In this document: one piece after another, positions 28,615 to 46,370 of the stretch
Position numbering within the stretch: the first letter of the stretch is position 1
How the letters are laid out: each line of letters begins with the position of its first letter
DNA from: Eledone cirrhosa
Taxonomy: Eukaryota
DNA: 64,000 nucleotides
Direction of reading: 5' to 3'
NCBI GenBank assembly: GCA_964016885.1
Contig: OZ024754.1
Location: forward strand, 5,828,001 to 5,892,000
Program-made: the position numbers and the translations under genes
Notes under the pieces: generated by a model
The model's input: the letters and a program-made list of their open reading frames with translations, nothing else
Database searches by the model: none
What the model was told of the DNA's origin: nothing

Positions 28615-28845
28615 TCTCTCTCCTCCTCGCTCTTTCCACCACTCTCACTCTCTCTTTCTCTCTCTCTCTCGCTCTCGCTCTCTCTCTCTCTCTCCACCCC
28701 AGACTCTCTGTCTCTCTCTCTCTCCCTCTCCCTCTCTACACCCCCTCTCTCTCTCTCTCCAACCCTGTCTCTCTCTCTCTCACTCTCCACCTCTCTCCAC
28801 CCACCCCTCTCTCTCTCTCTCCAGCCACCCCTCTCCCTCTCTCTT
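28465..28845. repeat. Imperfect (CT)n polypyrimidine tract
   Basis: Directly visible. Confidence 0.9.
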
Positions 28846-29068
28846 ATTACACGTATTCTCACTATATTTTATCCATACCATAATTGACCTCAATAAAGTG
28901 TTTCAACTAAGTTTGTTATTTTGTGTTTTACAATTAAAAAAAAACGGGAAATATTTAGCTAAATGTTTTGGGTGGGTTTTCTCTTCAGTCTTTTACCAAT
29001 AATTAAGCCTAATACCCGCATATATTTGTGGATGGGTTTATATATGTGTGTTACGTATGTACGTATGC

Positions 29069-29438
<370 letters not shown>

Positions 29439-29710
29439 TGTGTGTGTGTTCATGCATGTACATATGAACGTATATATGTGTTTATGTGTGTGTATGTTTC
29501 ATGTATGTATATATGCATTGATATATATGTACATGGCATGTACACAAACATATGCATAAGCACAATCCCACAAAATACTATATATATATATATATTAAAA
29601 TTAAATCAGATTAAGGTTTAAGCAAAGAATCGCTGCTTTTACCCTTAACGGGATCTCCTGAAAGATGTATATATATAGAAAGAGAGAGAGAGAAATAGAG
29701 AGAGAGAAAT

Positions 29711-29759
<49 letters not shown>

Positions 29760-29814
29760 GAGAGAGAGGGGGAGAAAGAGAAATATATATATGTATATAT
29801 ATATGTATTTATAC

Positions 29815-29851
<37 letters not shown>

Positions 29852-30072
29852 ATATATATTTGTGAGTATATGTAAGTGTTGAAATATTTCAATTTAGTAT
29901 TTATGTTGTGTCTGGAGAAAAGGAGAATACCCATGGCACCCCAAACATCTGTTGGGATTTGACAGTGTAGTCCTTTATAAAACCACACCTCACCAACTTT
30001 CATCGCTAGATTTGTCAGAATCCTCATTATAATTGTTACAATATTCAAAATTCGCCGGATGAATAAGGAATG

Positions 30073-30114
<42 letters not shown>

Positions 30115-30233
30115 TAATAATAATAAATTTGAAGACTAAAATCCAAAGAGGGCTCGATATGGATAAATATATATTAAATATATAAGATTTTAATAAATAT
30201 ATATATAATATATATATATATTCTTATAGCCAC

Positions 30234-30270
<37 letters not shown>

Positions 30271-30272
30271 TC

Positions 30273-30326
<54 letters not shown>

Positions 30327-30335
30327 TGTATATGT

Positions 30336-30399
<64 letters not shown>

Positions 30400-30402
<3 letters not shown>

Positions 30403-30650
30403 AAAGTTCTATTTAAAATTGTTGGGATACAACAAGTAAATATTTTATAACTGATATAAAGCACTCGACAAGTTTTTGGAGTAGATATACGATATTAATA
30501 AATGGAAACTATATTTATAAAACCATATTTATTTCATTATACATATTTCAGGGATACCAAATTAAAATATGGTATGGCTTCATCAGACAAAATACAATAT
30601 ATAAACAGTTTTATAAATAATTTTGACGTACCCTATTAAATGCAACCATT
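30400..30650 (-). mobile_element. H3 single-arm copy with hammerhead at 30530-30594
   Basis: TATTTTGT-CTGATGA-..ATACCA/TGGTAT..-GAAA-TATGTAT-A-ATGAAATA plus the H3 tail. Confidence 0.75.
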
Positions 30651-30740
30651 ATTATATATATATATAAAAGGAAAAGAATGGTTTCACTGGTAATTCTAAA
30701 CAATTTTTAATATTATGATTTTACCATTTGGTTTTGTAGA

Positions 30741-30808
<68 letters not shown>

Positions 30809-31092
30809 GAAAAGTATAGAAATTATTGTAGCAAGAAGCCAACAGTATTCCATAATATATAAGTGACTTTTGCGTCAAAATGGAAAAATAATTAACGTAT
30901 GTATATATGAATATATACATACTATATATATATATTTATAACAATAATTCGAATTATCACATTTTAGTCTTCAAATTTTATTATTATTACTATATATATA
31001 TGTATATACTTTTATGTGAGCCTGCGAATTACCGGAACTATATCTGATATACTATGATATCATATGTATGTATATATATATGTATATATATT

Positions 31093-31322
<230 letters not shown>

Positions 31323-31499
31323 AGAGAGAGAGGGAGAGAGAGAGGGGGAGTGAGGACAGAGAGATACATACATATATAAGTGAATAGATGGTTGGATAGA
31401 TGTATGTATGGATACAGGTGGAGATATATAAGATTTTCACATATATATCAACTTACACACTTGAACACACAAATATAACACTCTATCATATATTGTACT

Positions 31500-31680
31500 A
31501 TTGGCAGTATCCGTAGAGAGTCGGACACCATGCTTTGAGGCATAGAGTTACATCCCTTTACGGTCTAAGTTCAACTCCCGACGGGGTTAACTTTGCCTTT
31601 CATCCTTACGGGGTCGATAAAATAAAGTACCAGTAATACACAGGGTTATTGCTGGCCCTGTGCCAAAAGTAGAAGCAATT
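31500..31680 (+). mobile_element. SINE S1
   Basis: S1 consensus. Confidence 0.85.
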
Positions 31681-31764
31681 ATATTATAATATAATATATT
31701 TTATCATGTTATATCATATTATTTTATACTATGTATCATATATTATACTAATATTATATTTATA

Positions 31765-32655
31765 TTATATTATATTAGTATAATATAATATTATATTATA
31801 TTATATTATATTATATTATATTATATTAGTATAATATAATATAATATTATATTATATTATATTATATTATATTATATTATATTATATTATATTATATTAT
31901 ATTATATTATATTATATTATATTATATTTATATTATATTATATTAGTATAATATAATATAATATTATATTATATTATATTATATTATATTATATTTATAT
32001 TATATTATATTATATTATATTAGTATAATATAATATAATATTATATTATATTATATTATATTATATTATATTAGTATAATATAATATAATATTATATTAT
32101 ATTATATTATATTATATTATATTATATTATATTATATTAGTATAATATAATATATTATATTATATTATATTATATTATATTATATTATATTATATTATAT
32201 TATATTATATTATATTATATTATATTATAATATATTATATTATATTATATTATGTTATATTATATTATATTATATTATATTATATTATATTAGATTAGAT
32301 CATATTATATTATTATAAGATAATATTATATTATATTATATTATATTATATTATATTATTATTATATATATATATTATATTATATTATATTATATTATAA
32401 TATATTATATTATATTATATTATATTATATTATATTATATTATATTATATTATATTATATTATATTATATTATATTAGATTATATTATATTATTATAAGA
32501 TAATATTATATTATATTATATTATATTATATTATATTATATTTATTATATTATATTATATTATATTATATTATATTATATTATATTATATTATATTATAT
32601 TATATTATATTTATTATATATATATTATATATTATATTATATTATATTTATATTA
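31765..32655. repeat. (ATATT)n pentanucleotide satellite
   Basis: Directly visible. Confidence 0.95.
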
Positions 32656-32740
32656 TGATTCTGGGATTCTTATTAACTCAATGTATTTGATTTATAGTCA
32701 GATTTTGTGATAAATGCCTTCTTATTTGATCGAGTTAAAC

Positions 32741-33260
32741 GTAGAGAGTAGACGTATGTCTATCTTTCTATCTATCTGTCTATCATCAATCTGTCTACTC
32801 ATTAATCTATCTCTCTACCTATCTACCTAATTATATAATATATATATATTATACGCATAAATATATGTGTATATATATATACATATGCATAAATATGTGC
32901 ATATATATACATATGTATATATATTACATTATATATATAATATATATATATATACACACATATATGTGTATATATATGTATATATATACACATATATGTG
33001 TGTATAAATATATATATATATATATATGTAATATATTATACATATGTATATATATGCACATATTTATGCATATGTATATATATATACACATATATTTATG
33101 CGTATAATATATATATATATATAATTAGGTAGATAGGTAGAGAGATAGATTAATGAGTAGACAGATTGATGATAGACAGATAGATAGAAAGATAGACATA
33201 CGTGCTACTCTCTACCTATCTACCTAATTATATATATATATATATTATACGCATAAATAA
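32741..33260. repeat. Long inverted duplication
   Basis: 32741-32870 is the reverse complement of about 33085-33215, with a third partial direct copy at 33208-33258. Confidence 0.8.
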
Positions 33261-33652
33261 TGTTATATAGTAGTATATATCAATAGTCGGACTCATATAT
33301 ATATATATATATATATATATGAGCGTGCTGCTCGTGAATACATGTATGTATGCACATTAGACAAGGTAATGAAAATGACCCATTACATGTTAGTGTTGTC
33401 GTAAGTCATCAAGTAAATTACCCCTATCTATCATACTCCTCAAGATGGTTTCTCCTTAATAAAGTGTTACCATGGCAGAAGTATATTATATATATATACC
33501 TCATCACGTCCTCACATGGTATGTGGCGGTGGTATGGTGTGTGTTTAATCACATGGTTTTAGGTTCGGTTCTAACTAACATGTGGCAATTTCATCAAGTG
33601 TACTTCACTATAACCATATATATATATATATTTATATATATATTTATATATA

Positions 33653-33689
<37 letters not shown>

Positions 33690-33908
33690 TTATATATAAA
33701 TATAAATTAGCGAGAATCGTATATTTATATTTATATATATATATAAATGTATGTATATATATTTATATATATATATATATTTATATATATTTATATATAT
33801 TTATATATATTTATATATATTTATATATATTTATATATATATATATTGCATATATATATATATATATTTATATATATTTATATATATTTATATATATATA
33901 TGTACGTA

Positions 33909-33960
<52 letters not shown>

Positions 33961-34315
33961 TATTTATATATATATATACATAATATATACATATATACAC
34001 ACATATGTATGTGTGTGTGTGTGTAGATATAAATATACATAAATATATTTCCTAAATATATATATATATACATGTGTATATATGAGTGTGTACATACATG
34101 TGTATATATGCCCGCACATATATACATATGACATACATATGTACGGATACAAGGATATATACTCCCCTCTCTAACATATTACATTACCACAGATAAACCA
34201 ATCAAAAATATACAACACCAACATTATTTCATTCCAAATTGACTTCAATTTTATCAAAAAAAATATATTCGGTCAAAAAGAATGCCATTTTGTTTTCAGC
34301 CGAAGTATACCTTGG

Positions 34316-34383
<68 letters not shown>

Positions 34384-34524
34384 GAATAGCTTTCACCGTA
34401 TTTTTGACTAAAGAAATTTTACCCTGATAATGGGGTTTAGAACCCTCAGAAGATGTGGGTTCGACTCCCATGTACGTCAATACTCATGTATTGACGTCAT
34501 GTCACATATTTATAAAACCATATT

Positions 34525-34559
<35 letters not shown>

Positions 34560-34619
34560 GTACTGCCTCTCTGTTTTGTTCCCGTTCAATTTTTCACTAT
34601 ATATATATATATATATATA

Positions 34620-34808
34620 AGATATTCCGGGTTGAATCGGAGGTAACTACAGTAAGTAAGGTAATCAATACATAGCAGAGTATAAATGTTTTAATATAGA
34701 AGAGATTCTACAGGACTAGAACTGTTTCATTCGTGAGAAACCATCAGCTTCCTGATGATTTCTCACGAATGAAACAGTTCTAGTCCTGTAAAAGCTCTTC
34801 TATATTAA
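34620..34808. mobile_element. H1 asymmetric fold-back with hammerhead at 34746-34796 (+)
   Basis: AGCTTC-CTGATGA-tTTC-TCAC-GAAt-GAAACAG..CTGTA-AAAGCT; full left arm on the minus strand. Confidence 0.78.
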
Positions 34809-34984
34809 TATATATATACATTATATATATAAATAAATATATATATACACATACACACACAGATATTTATATATATTTATTAAAATAACAGATTAAAGTT
34901 TAAGCAAAGAATCGCTGCTTTCACCCATATATATTTACCCTTATCGAGCCCTCTTTGGATTTTAGTCTTCAAATTTATTATTAT

Positions 34985-35032
<48 letters not shown>

Positions 35033-35285
35033 GTGTGAGTGTGTGTTTATGTAATTTAAATCTTCTGCATATGTTATATTAAATAATGAAACCTGAATCA
35101 GTTTTTAGATGGTAAAATGTCTGTCACCAACGTGGTACATAATATTTCCTTTAATAAATTAAATAGAAACCGTATAAAATGTACACATGTTAACTGCTTA
35201 TGGTTCTATTAATCTTACATGATGGTGGTTGTGTAACTGACTTGGTAAGCTCATTACCTCTGCTACCATTGAATCAAACTATAAT

Positions 35286-35471
35286 AATTGTCGCTACTTT
35301 TGGCACAAGGCCAGCAAATTACCAGTGCATTACTGGTACTTTATTTTATCGACCCCGTAAGGATGAAAGGCAAAGTTAACCTCGGCGGGATTTGAACTCA
35401 GAATGGCAAGGGCCGTAAATCTATGCGTCAAAGCATTTCGTCCGACTCTCTACCGATACTGCCAATCCACC
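35286..35471 (-). mobile_element. SINE S1
   Basis: S1 reverse complement. Confidence 0.85.
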
Positions 35472-36160
35472 TGTAAATTATTGTGTACAGTGCTGGGGTG
35501 CACTGCAACTCCTCAAAGGTGCATGTATATTACATAGAATAATGCACAATTGTCAGGAAAGTGAACAGTGTATGACTCATGATACACACAGTGCGTGTGT
35601 CTGAAGGAGGAATATCAGGTGTAGTAATGGCGAAATTCGGGAGGCATGGAAATGTTGATGGATGCAGTGTCTCGACAGCTAACAACCAATGCAGGTAGTT
35701 TGTTTCCTGCTTCAGCAACTCTGAAAGTCCAGGTGGCTACCAAGGGCTCACACAACATAATGGAGCATTACTGAACTATATAGGATCAGTTTGGAATATA
35801 TTTGCATAATGAAATTAAATATATAATACTTTCCCACAACAATTAAATAAATCATTAATTAATTTCTATATATATGTATATATATACATATATATATGTA
35901 TAAATATATATATATTTTTTTTATTATTAGCCAGGTACCAGCGTTGTGGAAATATCGGTCGAGTGATTTAGCGTGGTTCAATTAGAACTGTGTAGTGGAA
36001 AATGCCGGTATAGTAATTTTCTTAGTGACATTCTAGCAAGGAGTAGCAAAAGCTACGTATGTCATATTTATATATAGTTAAATCTTAGACAGGAACAAAA
36101 ACAGAGAGGCAGAACAAATAGTGGTTTATTAGGTTCACGCTTTTGAGAGCGAGGGGGGGG

Positions 36161-36192
36161 GACGTTTCGGGCATAAGCCCTTCATCAGGAGA
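36161..36192 (-). ncRNA. Minimal Penelope-type hammerhead core
   Basis: CTGATGA-A-GGGC-TTAT-GCCC-GAAAC-GTC; stem I partner not intact; downstream tail related to 11881-11932 and 34557-34598. Confidence 0.55.
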
Positions 36193-36215
36193 AAAGTGGG
36201 TAGGAAGAGAGTTCC

Positions 36216-36297
<82 letters not shown>

Positions 36298-36391
36298 CTA
36301 TATATATGTGTGTGTGTGTGCGTGCGTGTATGTATATATATATACATATACAGCGATTCTTTGCTTAAATTTTAATCTGTTATTTTTATAA

Positions 36392-36666
<275 letters not shown>

Positions 36667-36683
36667 GTATATATATATGAGTG

Positions 36684-36718
<35 letters not shown>

Positions 36719-37000
36719 ACGCATATTTATTAGGCGTATATGATACACTAAACTAAGGAATAATAGTGAACCACGTTACAATGTAAGCATGTTCAACAGA
36801 TATACTGACAGACGAGATGTGTAGAAATATGTTTCAATTAAACACAAAACAAAACAAAATAATACAAAACATAATTATAAAATGAAACAATAACATGACA
36901 TGATTTGTGTGTTTGTGTATATATATATATATATTTATTTATGTATATGTACATATATATCATGACTCTTTCGTATTACAAGCAAGACTCTACTACCCCA

Positions 37001-37054
37001 TGTATCGAGTACTCTGGTGAATAATGGTCTAACTGGTTTTTACTGCATCAATTT

Positions 37055-37112
<58 letters not shown>

Positions 37113-37166
37113 AAATTGATGCAGTAAAAACCAGTTAGACCATTATTCACCAGAGTACTCGATACA
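37001..37166. repeat. Inverted repeat of about 57 bp enclosing a (TA)n tract
   Basis: TGTATCGAGTACTCTGGTGAATAATGGTCTAACTGGTTTTTACTGCATCAATTTTG-(AT)n-exact reverse complement; resembles the H2 tail. Confidence 0.85.
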
Positions 37167-37404
37167 TATATATATTAGAAAGTGAGGGTTTTTTTTTACA
37201 AAATGAAAAATAACCGAGGTGTCCTACACGAGTGAAAGTATAAAGAAAAAAAGATGAAATCGAAAATGCAACTGGAGTCTTATTTTTTTTTAAATATATA
37301 TATTTATTTGGTTCCTTTACCGGTTTCGCAGTTCTTCTGCTTTTCAAAAGTTGTATTTTTTTTAAAATAAGACTACAGTTGAATTTTCGATTTCATCTTT
37401 TTTC

Positions 37405-37455
<51 letters not shown>

Positions 37456-37644
37456 CTTTGCCTTTCATCTTTACGGGGTCGATAAAATAAAGTACCAGTA
37501 ATGCACTGGGATATATTTATTCGACTTTCCCCTTCCTCAAAATTGCTGGCCTTGTGCCTACATCAGAAACCATTATTATTTTATTATTATTAATATTATT
37601 AACTATGCAAACATTATATCTTCTGGTATTTATTATAGCTTGCA

Positions 37645-37689
<45 letters not shown>

Positions 37690-37808
37690 ATATATATATA
37701 TATAATATATATTCTGCTTTGTATTGAGTACCTTACTTACTGTGGTTACCCCCGATTGAACACGGTAGAAACTTATATATACACATATATATATATGGAT
37801 ATATGTGG

Positions 37809-37881
<73 letters not shown>

Positions 37882-37951
37882 CATTGAGATATATGTAGTG
37901 CCTGCAGAATAAGAGCATTAAAGGAATTTCAACTTTACTATATATATATAA

Positions 37952-38022
<71 letters not shown>

Positions 38023-38026
38023 ATGG

Positions 38027-38073
<47 letters not shown>

Positions 38074-38345
38074 CAAGGATTTATGGATAGGAGAATGTGT
38101 GTCCAAGTGTGAAAAAGATCTGCCCGACAATTTCAGTAATCGGACACGCCTACTAACAGGAATCGAACTATGTGTCAGTCATCTTACAATCGTTTTTGGA
38201 ACAATCAATCACCGTACAAATTATTCGAACCCTACCTGTCATTCCCACCTCCCTACGTCGATCAAGTGTTGTCAAAAGTCGAGATATTTTTGTAGATGCT
38301 TCCCGTAATATTTCATTTCTATTTATATATATTCCATAGCTTATT

Positions 38346-38393
<48 letters not shown>

Positions 38394-38439
38394 AAAAGAA
38401 GGAAAAGAATGACTTCACTTCACACACATATATACACAG

Positions 38440-38486
<47 letters not shown>

Positions 38487-38671
38487 TATATATATATATA
38501 TGTGTATATATATATATATGTGTGTGTGTGTGTATCTGCCTATATATGTGTACATGGTGTATATGTGTGTATATATAATTTATTTAGAATTCAGAACAGT
38601 ATTATTTTTCTTCCTCTTACGCGTATCCAGCTCTTAAGAATAAAAATACAAATTCGCTTTAGACTTTTGGA

Positions 38672-38719
<48 letters not shown>

Positions 38720-38738
38720 TAAAAATATATATGTATAC

Positions 38739-38786
<48 letters not shown>

Positions 38787-39014
38787 GACCTTCTAGGGGA
38801 CTAGAACTGTTTCATTCGTGAGAAATCATCAGGAAGCTGATGATATATATATATATATATATGTGTATGTATGCATATATATATATACATATATATATGT
38901 ATATACGTATATATAAGTATATATTTATATACATACATTCATATATATATACATATATATATAATATAAATATATACATTTATATATATATACATACATA
39001 TATGTATGTAAAAT

Positions 39015-39196
39015 GTAAACAGAAACAACAACACAATCGGTACAGTATATGGAAGGAATATATTAGGTTAACGCTTTCATATAGCAGGAAGCGGGTCTTA
39101 AGGTTTCGGACGCTAGTCCTTCATCAGAAGAAAAAATGAGAAATAAGATAGATTGATGGGACGGGTGGGGTGGGATTGGAAAAAATGTCTTTAGAT
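39015..39196 (-). mobile_element. H5 element with minimal hammerhead at 39096-39131
   Basis: TCTT-CTGATGA-A-GGAC-TAGC-GTCC-GAAAC-CTT-AAGA. Confidence 0.72.
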
Positions 39197-39489
39197 TATA
39201 TATATATATATTGTTCGTTTATATATACATACACAAGATATTTAAGAAAAATCTTGGCAAGTTTGAATATTTGAAATATATTTGCTTATATTGCGAGAGC
39301 TGTCGAAATTTAACATAATGCCCGCGTGATAGGCAATTCATTCAGGTAAAAAAGAGTCATTCCAGAATATATAAAAAGTGGCGGCTAAACACAGAATTTC
39401 CTATATATATATTTGTGTGAGTGTGTGTTTGTGTGTGTATATATGTATGTATGTATACATTTATATATATATATGTGTGTATATATATA

Positions 39490-39590
39490 TATATATTAAT
39501 AAATATATGTATGTATATATAAATATATATATGTGTGTGTGTATATATATTATATATTAATAAATATATGTATGTATATAGAAATATATA

Positions 39591-39638
<48 letters not shown>

Positions 39639-39954
39639 TAAATATATGTATGTATATATAAATATATATGTGTGTGTGTGTATATATATATATATATTAA
39701 TAAATATATGTATGTATATATAAATATATATGTGTGTGTATATATATATATTAATAAATATATGTATGTATATATAAATATATATGTGTGTGTGTATATA
39801 TATATTAATATATATATGTATGTATATATAAATATATATGTGTGTGTGTGTGTATATATATATATATCAATAAATATATGTATGTATATATAAATATATA
39901 TATGTGTGTATATATATATATATTAATAAATATATGTATGTATATATAAATATA

Positions 39955-39988
<34 letters not shown>

Positions 39989-40315
39989 AATAAATATATG
40001 TATATATATATAAATATATATGTGTGTGTGTGTATATATATATATATTAATAAATATATGTATGTATATATAAATATATATATGTGTGTGTGTATATATA
40101 TATATTAATAAATATATGTATGTATATATAAATATATATATGTGTGTGTGTATATATATTATATATTAATAAATATATGTATGTATATATAAATATATGT
40201 GTGTGTATGTATATATATATATATTAATAAATATATGTATGTATATATAAATATATGTGTGTGTGTGTATATATATATATATTAATAAATATATGTATGT
40301 ATATATAAATATATA

Positions 40316-40350
<35 letters not shown>

Positions 40351-41565
40351 TAATAAATATATGTATGTATATATAAATATATATGTGTGTGTGTATATAT
40401 ATATATATTAATAAATATATGTATGTATATATAAATATATATGTGTGTGTGTGTGTATATATATATATATTAATAGATATATGTATGTATATATAAATAT
40501 ATATGTGTGTGTGTGTATATATATATATATATTAATAAATATATGTATGTATATATAAATATATATGTGTGTGTGTATATATATATATATTAATAAATAT
40601 ATGTATGTATATATAAATATATATGTGTGTGTGTGTGTATATATATATATATTAATAGATATATGTATGTATATATAAATATATATGTGTGTGTGTGTAT
40701 ATATATATATATATTAATAAATATATGTATGTATATATAAATATATATGTGTGCGTGTATATATATATATATATTAATAAATATATGTATGTATATATAA
40801 ATATATATGTGTGTGTGTGTGTATATATATATATATTAATAAATATATGTATGTATATATAAATATATATATGTGTGTGTGTATATATATATATATATTA
40901 ATAAATATATGTATATATAAATATATATGTGTGTGTATATATATATATTAATAAATATATGTATGTATATATAAATATATATGTGTGTGTATATATATAT
41001 GTATTAATAAATATATGTATGTATATATAAATATATATGTGTGTGTGTATATATATATTAATATATATATGTATGTATATATAAATATATATGTATGTGT
41101 GCGTATATATATATATATTAATAAATATATGTATGTTTATATAAATATATATATGTGTGTGTGTATAAAAATATATTAATAAATATATGTATGTATATAT
41201 AAATATATATGTGTGTATGTATATATATATATATTAATAAATATATGTATGTATATATAAATATATATGTGTGTGTGTATATATATATATATATTAATAA
41301 ATATATGTATGTATATATAAATATATATGTGTGTGTGTATATATATATATTAATAAATATGTATGTATATATAAATATATATGTGTGTGTGTGTATATAT
41401 ATATATATTAATAAATATATGTATGTATATATAAATATATATATGTGTGTGTGTGTATATATATATATATTAATAAATATATGTATGTATATATAAATAT
41501 ATATGTGTGTGTGTGTATATATATATATATATTAATAAATATATGTATGTATATATAAATATATA

Positions 41566-41611
<46 letters not shown>

Positions 41612-42145
41612 TATGTATGTATATATAAATATATATGTGTGTGTGTGTATATATATATATATTAATAAATATATGTATGTATATATAAATATATATGTGT
41701 GTGTGTATATATATATATATTAATAAATATATGTATGTATATATAAATATATATGTATGTGTGTGTATATATATATATATATATTAATAAATATATGTAT
41801 GTATATATAAATATATATGTGTGTGTGTATATATATATTAATAAATATATGTATGTATATATAAATATATATGTGTGTGTGTATATATATATATATTAAT
41901 AAATATATGTATGTATATATAAATATATATGTGTGTGTGTGTATATATATATATATATTAATAAATATATTTATGTATATATAAATATATATGTGTGTGT
42001 GTATATATATATATATATATTAATAAATATATGTATGTATATATAGATATATATATTAATAAATATATCTATGTATATATAAATATATATGTGTGTGTGT
42101 GTATATATATATATATTAATAAATATATGTATGTATATATAAATA

Positions 42146-42176
<31 letters not shown>

Positions 42177-42260
42177 TAATAAATATATGTATTGATATAT
42201 AAATATATGTGTGTGTGTGTATATATATATATATTAATAAATATATGTATGTATATATAT
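39490..42260. repeat. Compound minisatellite of about 60 bp, TAATAAATATATGTATGTATATATAAATATATAT(GT)n(AT)n, dozens of copies
   Basis: Unit directly visible, with variable internal dinucleotide lengths. Confidence 0.95.
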
Positions 42261-42624
42261 ATACATATATATATGTATATATATATATATAAATACACAC
42301 ATATACATCTATGTCTCTATACATAAAGAACCAATAAATAAACAACTATTATAATCAATATTATTATTTGTATTAGTATTACTACAACTAATTAGCAGCC
42401 TATTACAATAAAGTATTAACTTAAATCAGCCCACTAATACAAGTATATACTCTAGTATGCTATTGCATTGAGTAATGTTTCTGTCGTCTGTCAGTATTGA
42501 CGCCTACACATACATATATATATATATATGGATATAGATATAGATATATGAACATATATTTATATATCTATATATATAATATAATATATATATATATATA
42601 TGTGTGTGTGTATATATATATATA

Positions 42625-42679
<55 letters not shown>

Positions 42680-42702
42680 ATATATATATATATAAATATA
42701 TG

Positions 42703-42785
<83 letters not shown>

Positions 42786-42799
42786 TATATAAATATATT

Positions 42800-43148
<349 letters not shown>

Positions 43149-43196
43149 CATACATACTCTGCTGGGTTATGCTCTACCTGGTTTTGCGACGCCCTA

Positions 43197-43241
<45 letters not shown>

Positions 43242-43530
43242 TTTATTAAAATTACAGATTAACGTTTAAGCAAATAATCGCTGCTTTCACCCTTAAGGGG
43301 ATCTCCTGAAACTATTAATATATTATTATTAACACATATATATATATATACAGGGTGTGTAACGTGAGGTTATTGTAGGTTCACACTCTCAGACAGTAAA
43401 TATATATATATATATATATATAAAAGTTTACATATATATACATATACGTGTTTTGCAACGGGTCACACTGTGGCTCAATGGCAGAGGAAATGGTATATAT
43501 TTTATCTTGTGATTCTATAGACATGTTTTA

Positions 43531-43621
<91 letters not shown>

Positions 43622-43785
43622 TGGGGGGGGGGGGGGAGAATGCAGTATATATATATACATATGCTGTCTCTATTTTATACGCTGTAGTAACGAATTTCAA
43701 CATATACTGACCTTTGTTCTGACCTGCTACTCGCTGAAACCCATGTAACGTAACACAGCCATTCTGACACACACACACACATGAG

Positions 43786-43923
<138 letters not shown>

Positions 43924-43966
43924 AGATAAATATAAATATAAGTTTGTATAAATACATACATATATC

Positions 43967-44001
<35 letters not shown>

Positions 44002-44143
44002 CATATTATATATATATATATATATATGTATTTATATATGTGTATATAAATATGTATGTATATATATATATTTATATAAATATATATACACATGTACATA
44101 TATATGTATATAGATAGATAAAGATATGTATATATATATATGT

Positions 44144-44240
<97 letters not shown>

Positions 44241-44290
44241 AAATGTTTATTACATTTATATTTGTGTGTGTATTATATATATGCTTGTGT

Positions 44291-44347
<57 letters not shown>

Positions 44348-44539
44348 TACTTCCCTTCTTATTTTGTGCTGCATCTCTTCACTTTCCTTATATTTATATG
44401 ATAAATATTACACAGAAAAGAAGATACTCGAAATGATATAATCTAGTAAAAGCCATATGGTACTCCAGCATGGATGTTGTCTAATATACTTATAGATGGA
44501 TGTAATTTTAATTTGAACATATATATCCCAAAATACTGA

Positions 44540-44598
<59 letters not shown>

Positions 44599-44792
44599 AA
44601 TATATATCTAGTAACATTTATATACACACAGATGCATATCAATGCTAGCAAATATACAGGTTTTGTCTTATTAACAATGTGGTTCAATGCATGGGGTTGC
44701 AGAACAATAATATGAGAGACGTAAAATAAGAAAATTATAAAATGAACTTACTTATAGTAAGTAAGTTAATTTTATAATTTTCTTATTTTACG

Positions 44793-44880
<88 letters not shown>

Positions 44881-45066
44881 TGGTCCCAATAACTTATTTT
44901 AGTTATTGCTCGCACCAACCTGAGGTATCTGATTTTTAATGCGATGAAATACCAATGATGGTTGAAAAATCACTGACGAAGGACTATTTTTATCATATGT
45001 AACCCATGTGCAAACCACGCAGTATTCTTCTTTCTTCTCATGTTTTTTTTTTATATATATATATAT

Positions 45067-45240
45067 AATTGTTTCTACTTTTGGCACAAGGCCAGCAATT
45101 ATTCCAGTGCATTACTGGTACTTTATTTTATCGACCTCGTAAGGATGAAGGGCAAAGTTAACCTCGGCGGGATTTGAACTCAGACCATAAAGTGCCGTAA
45201 CTCTTTGCTGCAAAGCATGGCGTCCGACCCTCTACCGATA
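45067..45240 (-). mobile_element. SINE S1
   Basis: S1 reverse complement. Confidence 0.85.
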
Positions 45241-45746
45241 ATCCATATATATATGAGATGAAATATATGGAGAATAGAAATGGTTGTGTAGTTGCTATTT
45301 AAGGTAACTTAACATGCAGTGAGAATACGTAGATATACATATTATATATGTATATAGATATACATATTATATACATGTATCTCTATATATTATATGCAAT
45401 CTATGTATATATATATTCATATATATTATATATTATATATATATATGTATATAAATATATATTATATATATAATATATTTATAGTTATATATATTAACTA
45501 GTCATATATATATTATATATATGATTATATGTATATTATAAATATATTACATATATATCATATATATATTATATTTACTTATATTATATCTATATAATAT
45601 TTATATATATATATTATATATATTTTATATTTATATATATATTACATATATATTATATGTATATGTGTATTTTATTTATATATATTCATTATAACGATAT
45701 ATATTCATTATAACGATATATATTCATATATATTATATATATATAT

Positions 45747-45924
<178 letters not shown>

Positions 45925-46214
45925 ACAAAGTTTGTTTTACAAATAGAGACATACCCATGAAAATCATACCTTATCGGTTGGATATTCACTGGATATTGAA
46001 TATTTATAATATATATATATTTTTATACATATATATATATATACATATATATGTATTATATATATATTATATATTTATTTTATATATTATATATATATAT
46101 ATATATATTCATATACATTATATATTTATTATATTTAGATATTTACATTATATATAATATACATATATACATATATATATATATACATACAAACACACAT
46201 ACTCTCACACACAC

Positions 46215-46370
<156 letters not shown>

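Noticed and set aside
35480-35790. Unique higher-complexity stretch with short ORFs
   Set aside because: No recognisable domain or convincing splice sites by eye; needs BLASTX
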